The notes beneath the pieces are model-generated. The model saw nothing but the letters and a program-made list of their open reading frames with translations, did no database searches and was not told the DNA's origin. Below are positions 1 through 10,300 of a DNA stretch of 64,000 nucleotides, piece by piece; position 1 is the first letter of the stretch, and each line of letters opens with the position of its first letter. Source of the stretch: Auanema rhodensis (Eukaryota; Animalia; Nematoda); NCBI GenBank assembly GCA_964057225.1, contig OZ059899.1, positions 806,001-870,000 on the forward strand, in the 5' to 3' direction. The position numbers and the translations under genes were made by a program.

Positions 1-31
1 TATGATCGTTTGAAAAATGATGCATTAGTGT

Positions 32-59
32 ATGTTGAGTTTCCATGTACACTCAACAT
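32..59. other. Dyad 1 of the monomer: ATGTTGAGT-N10-ACTCAACAT (shown for the first copy; present in essentially every monomer)
   Basis: Perfect 9-bp inverted repeat with a 10-nt spacer (ttccatgtac). Confidence 0.95.
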
Positions 60-65
60 TGCTTC

Positions 66-107
66 CAAAAACATTTTGACAAAAATTTTTTCGAAAAATT
101 TCAAAAT
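66..107. other. Overlapping A/T-tract palindromes of the monomer (first copy)
   Basis: caaaa-aca-ttttg (66-78), ttttg-a-caaaa (74-84), aaaaattttt (81-90), tttttcgaaaaa (87-98), attttga...tcaaaat (73-79/101-107). Confidence 0.9.
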
Positions 108-198
108 AATTTAGCGAAAAGTAGATGTTTTTAGATTCCGTTTTTCAAGGCAAAGACGATGGACAATGTTATTCAACGAAAAAAATAATTCTTCAGGG

Positions 199-255
199 TG
201 AAAATCGAGGATATAAGTGTGAACTTATATCAGTTGATATCTCGGTGCATTTTCA
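199..255. other. Dyad cluster 2 of the monomer: GATATAAGT-GTGA-ACTTATATC with overlapping and enclosing dyads (first copy)
   Basis: 9-bp perfect stem 210-218/223-231. atatca-gt-tgatat at 227-240. Outer tgaaaat/attttca at 199-205/249-255 and cgag/ctcg at 206-209/241-244. Confidence 0.92.
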
Positions 256-1755
256 AGCTAGCGCAAATCTGATAACACAGATCGACGCAGCTCAAAAATC
301 CGCATCGAATGCACTATACTACATTGAGAAACGCTTAATACAAAAATTAGTTATGATTGTTTGAAAAATGATGCATTAGTGTATGTTGAGTTTCCATGTA
401 CACTCAACATTGCTTCCAAAAACATTTTGACAAAAATTTTTTCGAAAAATTTCAAGATAATTTAGCGAAAAGTAGATGTTTTTAGATTCCGTTTTTCAAG
501 GCAAAGACGATGAACAATGTTATTCAACGAAAAAATTAATTCTTCAGGGTGAAAATCGAGGATATAAGTGTGAACTTATATCAGTTGATATCTCGGTGCA
601 TTTTCAAGCTAGCGCAAATCTGATAACACAGATCGACGCAGCTCAAAAATCCGCATCGAATGCACTATACTACATTAAGAAACGCTTAATACAAAAATTA
701 GTTATGATCGTTTGAAAAATGATGCATTAGTGTATGTTGAGTTTCCATGTACACTCAACATTGCTTCCAAAAACATTTTGACAAAAATTTTTTCGAAAAA
801 TTTCAAGATAATTTAGCAAAAAGTAGATGTTTTTAGATTCCGTTTTTCAAGGCAAAGACGATGGACAATGTTATTCAACGAAAAAATTAATTCTTCAGGG
901 TGAAAATCGAGGATATAAGTGTGAACTTATATCAGTTGATATCTCGGTGCATTTTCAAGCTAGCGCAAATCTGATAACACAGATCGACGCAGCTCAAAAA
1001 TCCGCATCGAATGCACTATACTACATTGAGAAACGCTTAATACAAAAATTAGTTATGATTGTTTGAAAAATGATGCATTAGTGTATGTTGAGTTTCCATG
1101 TACACTCAACATTGCTTCCAAAAACATTTTGACAAAAATTTTTTCGAAAAATTTCAAAATAATTTAGCGAAAAGTAGATGTTTTTAGATTCCGTTTTTCA
1201 AGGCGAAGACGATGGACAATGTTATTCAACGAAAAAATTAATTCTTCAGGGTGAAAATCGAGGATATAAGTGTGAACTTATATCAGTTGATATCTCGGTG
1301 CATTTTCAAGCTAGCGCAAATCTGATAACACAGATCGACGCAGCTCAAAAATCCGCATCGAATGCACTATACTACATTGAGAAACGCTTAATACAAAAAT
1401 TAGTTATGATTGTTTGAAAAATGATGCATTAGTGTATGTTGAGTTTCCATGTACACTCAACATTGCTTCCAAAAACATTTTGACAAAAATTTTTTCGAAA
1501 AATTTCAAAATAATTTAGCGAAAAGTAGATGTTTTTAGATTCCGTTTTTCAAGGCGAAGACGATGGACAATGTTATTCAACGAAAAAATTAATTCTTCAG
1601 GGTGAAAATCGAGGATATAAGTGTGAACTTATATCAGTTGATATCTCGGTGCATTTTCAAGCTAGCGCAAATCTGATAACACAGATCGACGCAGCTTAAA
1701 AATCCGCATCGAATGCACTATACTACATCGAGAAATGCTTAATACAAAAATTAGT

Positions 1756-4564
1756 TATGATCGTTTGAAAAATGATGCATTAGTGTATGTTGAGTTTCCA
1801 TGTACACTCAACATTGCTTCCAAAAACATTTTGACAAAAATTTTTTTCGAAAAATTTCAAGATAATTTAGCAAAAAGTAGATGTTTTTAGATTCCGTTTT
1901 TCAAGGCAAAGACGATGGACAATGTTATTCAACGAAAAAATTAATTCTTCAGGGTGAAAATCGAAGATATAAGTGTGAACTTATATCAGTTGATATCTCG
2001 GTGCATTTTCAAGCTAGCGCAAATCTGATAACACAGATCGACGCAGCTCAAAAATCCGCATCGAATGCACTATACTACATTAAGAAACGCTTAATACAAA
2101 AATTAGTTATGATCGTTTGAAAAATGATGCATTAGTGTATGTTGAGTTTCCATGTACACTCAACATTGCTTCCAAAAACATTTTGACAAAAATTTTTTCG
2201 AAAAATTTCAAAATAATTTAGCGAAAAGTAGATGTTTTTAGATTCCGTTTTTCAAGGCAAAGACGATGGACAATGTTATTCAACGAAAAAAATAATTCTT
2301 CAGGGTGAAAATCAAGGATATAAGTGTGAACTTATATCAGTTGATATCTCGGTGCATTTTTAAGCTAGCGCAAATCTGATAACACAGATCGACGTAGCTT
2401 AAAAATCCGCATCGAATGCACTATACTACATTGAGAAACGCTTAATACAAAAATTAGTTATGATCGTTTGAAAAATGATGCATTAGTGTATGTTGAGTTT
2501 CCATGTACACTCAACATTGCTTCCAAAAACATTTTGACAAAAATTTTTTCGAAAAATTTCAAAATAATTTAGCGAAAAGTAGATGTTTTTAGATTCCGTT
2601 TTTCAAGGCAAAGACGATGGACAATGTTATTCAACGAAAAAAATAATTCTTCAGGGTGAAAATCGAGGATATAAGTGTGAACTTATATCAGTTGATATCT
2701 CGGTGCATTTTTAAGCTAGCGCAAATCTGATAACACAGATCGACGTAGCTTAAAAATCCGCATCGAATGCACTATACTACATTGAGAAACGCTTAATACA
2801 AAAATTAGTTATGATCGTTTGAAAAATGATGCATTAGTGTATGTTGAGTTTCCATGTACACTCAACATTGCTTCCAAAAACATTTTGACAAAAATTTTTT
2901 CGAAAAATTTCAAGATAATTTAGCAAAAAGTAGATGTTTTTAGATTCCGTTTTTCAAGGCAAAGACGATGGACAATGTTATTCAACGAAAAATTTAATTC
3001 TTCAGGGTGAAAATCGAGGATATAAGTGTGAACTTATATCAGTTGATATCTCGGTGCATTTTCAAGCTAGCGCAAATCTGATAACACAGATCGACGCAGC
3101 TCAAAAATCCGCATCGAATGCACTATACTACATTGAGAAACGCTTAATACAAAAATTAGTTATGATCGTTTGAAAAATGATGCATTAGTGTATGTTGAGT
3201 TTCCATGTACACTCAACATTGCTTCCAAAAACATTTTGACAAAAATTTTTTCGAAAAATTTCAAGATAATTTAGCGAAAAGTAGATGTTTTTAGATTCCG
3301 TTTTTCAAGGCAAAGACGATGGACAATGTTATTCAACGAAAAAATTAATTCTTCAGGGTGAAAATCGAAGATATAAGTGTGAACTTATATCAGTTGATAT
3401 CTCGGTGCATTTTCAAGCTAGCGCAAATCTGATAACACAGATCGACGCAGCTCAAAAATCCGCATCGAATGCACTATACTACATTAAGAAACGCTTAATA
3501 CAAAAATTAGTTATGATCGTTTGAAAAATGATGCATTAGTGTATGTTGAGTTTCCATGTACACTCAACATTGCTTCCAAAAACATTTTGACAAAAATTTT
3601 TTCGAAAAATTTCAAAATAATTTAGCGAAAAGTAGATGTTTTTAGATTCCGTTTTTCAAGGCAAAGACGATGGACAATGTTATTCAACGAAAAAAATAAT
3701 TCTTCAGGGTGAAAATCAAGGATATAAGTGTGAACTTATATCAGTTGATATCTCGGTGCATTTTTAAGCTAGCGCAAATCTGATAACACAGATCGACGTA
3801 GCTTAAAAATCCGCATCGAATGCACTATACTACATTGAGAAACGCTTAATACAAAAATTAGTTATGATCGTTTGAAAAATGATGCATTAGTGTATGTTGA
3901 GTTTCCATGTACACTCAACATTGCTTCCAAAAACATTTTGACAAAAATTTTTTCGAAAAATTTCAAAATAATTTAGCGAAAAGTAGATGTTTTTAGATTC
4001 CGTTTTTCAAGGCAAAGACGATGGACAATGTTATTCAACGAAAAAAATAATTCTTCAGGGTGAAAATCGAGGATATAAGTGTGAACTTATATCAGTTGAT
4101 ATCTCGGTGCATTTTTAAGCTAGCGCAAATCTGATAACACAGATCGACGTAGCTTAAAAATCCGCATCGAATGCACTATACTACATTGAGAAACGCTTAA
4201 TACAAAAATTAGTTATGATCGTTTGAAAAATGATGCATTAGTGTATGTTGAGTTTCCATGTACACTCAACATTGCTTCCAAAAACATTTTGACAAAAATT
4301 TTTTCGAAAAATTTCAAGATAATTTAGCAAAAAGTAGATGTTTTTAGATTCCGTTTTTCAAGGCAAAGACGATGGACAATGTTATTCAACGAAAAATTTA
4401 ATTCTTCAGGGTGAAAATCGAGGATATAAGTGTGAACTTATATCAGTTGATATCTCGGTGCATTTTCAAGCTAGCGCAAATCTGATAACACAGATCGACG
4501 CAGCTCAAAAATCCGCATCGAATGCACTATACTACATTGAGAAACGCTTAATACAAAAATTAGT
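1756..4564 (+). repeat. 4-monomer HOR (1404 bp) x2, followed by a related 3-mer
   Basis: The rare variant aatcaagg occurs at 2314 and 3718 (1404 apart). cgaagat units start their ORF at 1881 and 3285; aaaattta units at 2934 and 4338. Confidence 0.88.
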
Positions 4565-7371
4565 TATGATCGTTTGAAAAATGATGCATTAGTGTATGTT
4601 GAGTTTCCATGTACACTCAACATTGCTTCCAAAAACATTTTGACAAAAATTTTTTCGAAAAATTTCAAGATAATTTAGCGAAAAGTAGATGTTTTTAGAT
4701 TCCGTTTTTCAAGGCAAAGACGATGGACAATGTTATTCAACGAAAAAATTAATTCTTCAGGGTGAAAATCGAAGATATAAGTGTGAACTTATATCAGTTG
4801 ATATCTCGGTGCATTTTCAAGCTAGCGCAAATCTGATAACACAGATCGACGCAGCTCAAAAATCCGCATAGAATGCACTATACTACATTAAGAAACGCTT
4901 AATACAAAAATTAGTTATGATCGTTTGAAAAATGATGCATTAGTGTATGTTGAGTTTCCATGTACACTCAACATTGCTTCCAAAAACATTTTGACAAAAA
5001 TTTTTTCGAAAAATTTCAAAATAATTTAGCGAAAAGTAGATGTTTTTAGATTCCGTTTTTCAAGGCAAAGACGATGGACAATGTTATTCAACGAAAAAAA
5101 TAATTCTTCAGGGTGAAAATCGAGGATATAAGTGTGAACTTATATCAGTTGATATCTCGGTGCATTTTTAAGCTAGCGCAAATCTGATAACACAGATCGA
5201 CGTAGCTTAAAAATCCGCATCGAATGCACTATACTACATTGGAAACGCTTAATACAAAAATTAGTTATGATCGTTTGAAAAATGATGCATTAGTGTATGT
5301 TGAGTTTCCATGTACACTCAACATTGCTTCCAAAAACATTTTGACAAAAATTTTTTCGAAAAATTTCAAGATAATTTAGCAAAAAGTAGATGTTTTTAGA
5401 TTCCGTTTTTCAAGGCAAAGACGATGGACAATGTTATTCAACGAAAAATTTAATTCTTCAGGGTGAAAATCGAGGATATAAGTGTGAACTTATATCAGTT
5501 GATATCTCGGTGCATTTTCAAGCTAGCGCAAATCTGATAACACAGATCGACGCAGCTCAAAAATCCGCATCGAATGCACTATACTACATTAAGAAACGCT
5601 TAATACAAAAATTAGTTATGATCGTTTGAAAAATGATGCATTAGTGTATGTTGAGTTTCCATGTACACTCAACATTGCTTCCAAAAACATTTTGACAAAA
5701 ATTTTTTCGAAAAATTTCAAAATAATTTAGCGAAAAGTAGATGTTTTTAGATTCCGTTTTTCAAGGCAAAGACGATGGACAATGTTATTCATCGAAAAAA
5801 TTAATTCTTCAGGGTGAAAATCGAGGATATAAGTGTGAACTTATATCAGTTGATATCTCGGTGCATTTTCAAGCTAGCGCAAATCTGATAACACAGATCG
5901 ACGCAGCTCAAAAATCCGCATCGAATGCACTATACTACATTGAGAAACGCTTAATACAAAAATTAGTTATGATCGTTTGAAAAATGATGCATTAGTGTAT
6001 GTTGAGTTTCCATGTACACTCAACATTGCTTCCAAAAACATTTTGACAAAAATTTTTTCGAAAAATTTCAAAATAATTTAGCGAAAAGTAGATGTTTTTA
6101 GATTCCGTTTTTCAAGGCAAAGACGATGGACAATGTTATTCAACGAAAAAAATAATTCTTCAGGGTGAAAATCGAGGATATAAGTGTGAACTTATATCAG
6201 TTGATATCTCGGTGCTTTTTTAAGCTAGCGCAAATCTGATAACACAGATCGACGCAGCTCAAAAATCCGCATCGAATGCACTATACTACATTGAGAAACG
6301 CTTAATACAAAAATTAGTTATGATCGTTTGAAAAATGATGCATTAGTGTATGTTGAGTTTCCATGTACACTCAACATTGCTTCCAAAAACATTTTGACAA
6401 AAATTTTTTCGAAAAATTTCAAAATAATTTAGCAAAAAGTAGATGTTTTTAGATTCCTTTTTTCAAGGCAAAGACGATGGACAATGTTATTCAACGAAAA
6501 AATTAATTCTTCAGGGTGAAAATCGAGGATATAAGTGTGAACTTATATCAGTTGATATCTCGGTGCATTTTCAAGCTAGCGCAAATCTGATAACACAGAT
6601 CGACGCAGCTCAAAAATCCGCATCGAATGCACTATACTACATTAAGAAACGCTTAATACAAAAATTAGTTATGATCGTTTGAAAAATGATGCATTAGTGT
6701 ATGTTGAGTTTCCATGTACACTCAACATTGCTTCCAAAAACATTTTGACAAAAATTTTTTCGAAAAATTTCAAAATAATTTAGCGAAAAGTAGATGTTTT
6801 TAGATTCCGTTTTTCAAGGCAAAGACGATGGACAATGTTATTCAACGAAAAAAATAATTCTTCACTGTGAAAATCGAGGATATAAGTGTGAACTTATATC
6901 AGTTGATATCTCGGTGCATTTTTAAGCTAGCGCAAATCTGATAACACAGATCGACGTAGCTTAAAAATCCGCATCGAATGCACTATACTACATTGAGAAA
7001 CGCTTAATACAAAAATTAGTTATGATCGTTTGAAAAATGATGCATTAGTGTATGTTGAGTTTCCATGTACACTCAACATTGCTTCCAAAAACATTTTGAC
7101 AAAAATTTTTTCGAAAAATTTCAAGATAATTTAGCAAAAAGTAGATGTTTTTAGATTCCGTTTTTCAAGGCAAAGACGATGGACAATGTTATTCAACGAA
7201 AAATTTAATTCTTCAGGGTGAAAATCGAGAATATAAGTGTGAACTTATATCAGTTGATATCTCGGTGCATTTTCAAGCTAGCGCAAATCTGATAACACAG
7301 ATCGACGCAGCTCAAAAATCCGCATCGAATGCACTATACTACATTGAGAAACGCTTAATACAAAAATTAGT

Positions 7372-10300
7372 TATGATCGTTTGAAAAATGATGCATTAGT
7401 GTATGTTGAGTTTCCATGTACACTCAACATTGCTTCCAAAAACATTTTGACAAAAATTTTTTCGAAAAATTTCAAGATAATTTAGCGAAAAGTAGATGTT
7501 TTTAGATTCCGTTTTTCAAGGCAAAGACGATGGACAATGTTATTCAACGAAAAAATTAATTCTTCAGGGTGAAAATCGAAGATATAAGTGTGAACTTATA
7601 TCAGTTGATATCTCGGTGCATTTTCAAGCTAGCGCAAATCTGATAACACAGATCGACGCAGCTCAAAAATCCGCATCGAATGCACTATACTACATTAAGA
7701 AACGCTTAATACAAAAATTAGTTATGATCGTTTGAAAAATGATGCATTAGTGTATGTTGAGTTTCCATGTACACTCAACATTGCTTCCAAAAACATTTTG
7801 ACAAAAATTTTTTCGAAAAATTTCAAAATAATTTAGCGAAAAGTAGATGTTTTTAGATTCCGTTTTTCAAGGCAAAGACGATGGACAATGTTATTCAACG
7901 AAAAAAATAATTCTTCAGGGTGAAAATCGAGGATATAAGTGTGAACTTATATCAGTTGATATCTCGGTGCATTTTTAAGCTAGCGCAAATCTGATAACAC
8001 AGATCGACGTAGCTTAAAAATCCGCATTGAATGCACTATACTACATTGAGAAACGCTTAATACAAAAATTAGTTATGATCGTTTGAAAAATGATGCATTA
8101 GTGTATGTTGAGTTTCCATGTACACTCAACATTGCTTCCAAAAACATTTTGACAAAAATTTTTTCGAAAAATTTCAAAATAATTTAGCGAAAAGTAGATG
8201 TTTTTAGATTCCGTTTTTCAAGGCAAAGACGATGGACAATGTTATTCAACGAAAAAAATAATTCTTCAGGGTGAAAATCGAGGATATAAGTGTGAACTTA
8301 TATCAGTTGATATCTCGGTGCATTTTTAAGCTAGCGCAAATCTGATAACACAGATCGACGTAGCTTAAAAATCCGCATCGAATGCACTATACTACATTGA
8401 GAAACGCTTAATACAAAAATTAGTTATGATCGTTTGAAAAATGATGCATTAGTGTATGTTGAGTTTCCATGTACACTCAACATTGCTTCCAAAAACATTT
8501 TGACAAAAATTTTTTCGAAAAATTTCAAGATAATTTAGCAAAAAGTAGATGTTTTTAGATTCCGTTTTTCAAGGCAAAGACGATGGACAATGTTATTCAA
8601 CGAAAAATTTAATTCTTCAGGGTGAAAATCGAGGATATAAGTGTGAACTTATATCAGTTGATATCTCGGTGCATTTTCAAGCTAGCGCAAATCTGATAAC
8701 ACAGATCGACGCAGCTCAAAAATCCGCATCGAATGCACTATACTACATTGAGAAACGCTTAATACAAAAATTAGTTATGATCGTTTGAAAAATGATGCAT
8801 TAGTGTATGTTGAGTTTCCATGTACACTCAACATTGCTTCCAAAAACATTTTGACAAAAATTTTTTCGAAAAATTTCAAGATAATTTAGCGAAAAGTAGA
8901 TGTTTTTAGATTCCGTTTTTCAAGGCAAAGACGATGGACAATGTTATTCAACGAAAAAATTAATTCTTCAGGGTGAAAATCGAAGATATAAGTGTGAACT
9001 TATATCAGTTGATATCTCGGTGCATTTTCAAGCTAGCGCAAATCTGATAACACAGATCGACGCAGCTCAAAAATCCGCATCGAATGCACTATACTACATT
9101 AAGAAACGCTTAATACGAAAATTAGTTATGATCGTTTGAAAAATGATGCATTAGTGTATGTTGAGTTTCCATGTACACTCAACATTGCTTCCAAAAACAT
9201 TTTGACAAAAATTTTTTCGAAAAATTTCAAGATAATTTAGCGAAAAGTAGATGTTTTTAGATTCCGTTTTTCAAGGCAAAGACGATGGACAATGTTATTC
9301 AACGAAAAAAATAATTCTTCAGGGTGAAAATCGAGGATATAAGTGTGAACTTATATCAGTTGATATCTCGGTGCATTTTTAAGCTAGCGCAAATCTGATA
9401 ACACAGATCGACGTAGCTTAAAAATCCGCATCGAATGCACTATACTACATTGAGAAACGCTTAATACAAAAATTAGTTATGATCGTTTGAAAAATGATGC
9501 ATTAGTGTATGTTGAGTTTCCATGTACACTCAACATTGCTTCCAAAAACATTTTGACAAAAATTTTTTCGAAAAATTTCAAGATAATTTAGCAAAAAGTA
9601 GATGTTTTTAGATTCCGTTTTTCAAGGCAAAGACGATGGACAATGTTATTCAACGAAAAATTTAATTCTTCAGGGTGAAAATCGAGGATATAAGTGTGAA
9701 CTTATATCAGTTGATATCTCGGTGCATTTTCAAGCTAGCGCAAATCTGATAACACAGATCGACGCAGCTCAAAAATCCGCATCGAATGCACTATACTACA
9801 TTAAGAAACGCTTAATACAAAAATTAGTTATGATCGTTTGAAAAATGATGCATTAGTGTATGTTGAGTTTCCATGTACACTCAACATTGCTTCCAAAAAC
9901 ATTTTGACAAAAATTTTTTCGAAAAATTTCAAAATAATTTAGCGAAAAGTAGATGTTTTTAGATTCCGTTTTTCAAGGCAAAGACGATGGACAATGTTAT
10001 TCATCGAAAAAATTAATTCTTCAGGGTGAAAATCGAGGATATAAGTGTGAACTTATATCAGTTGATATCTCGGTGCATTTTCAAGCTAGCGCAAATCTGA
10101 TAACACAGATCGACGCAGCTCAAAAATCCGCATCGAATGCACTATACTACATTGAGAAACGCTTAATACAAAAATTAGTTATGATCGTTTGAAAAATGAT
10201 GCATTAGTGTATGTTGAGTTTCCATGTACACTCAACATTGCTTCCAAAAACATTTTGACAAAAATTTTTTCGAAAAATTTCAAAATAATTTAGCAAAAAG

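Noticed and set aside
32-59. Rho-independent terminator or bacterial operator
   Set aside because: The stem is AT-rich with no U-tract and has no gene context. The region looks like eukaryotic satellite DNA.
87-105. CENP-B box
   Set aside because: TTCG is present but the downstream CGGG of the canonical TTCGNNNNANNCGGG core is absent.
265-335. Satellite-embedded hammerhead ribozyme (ctgataa ... gaaac)
   Set aside because: The core needs CUGANGA and this reads CUGAUAA. I could not build stems I-III around the motifs. The minus-strand ctgatat also fails.
1-351. 5S rRNA, spliced-leader, tRNA or snRNA tandem gene unit (similar unit sizes exist)
   Set aside because: No recognisable 5S, SL, tRNA cloverleaf or snRNA sequence on either strand, and the unit is very AT-rich. 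An Infernal/Rfam scan would settle this.
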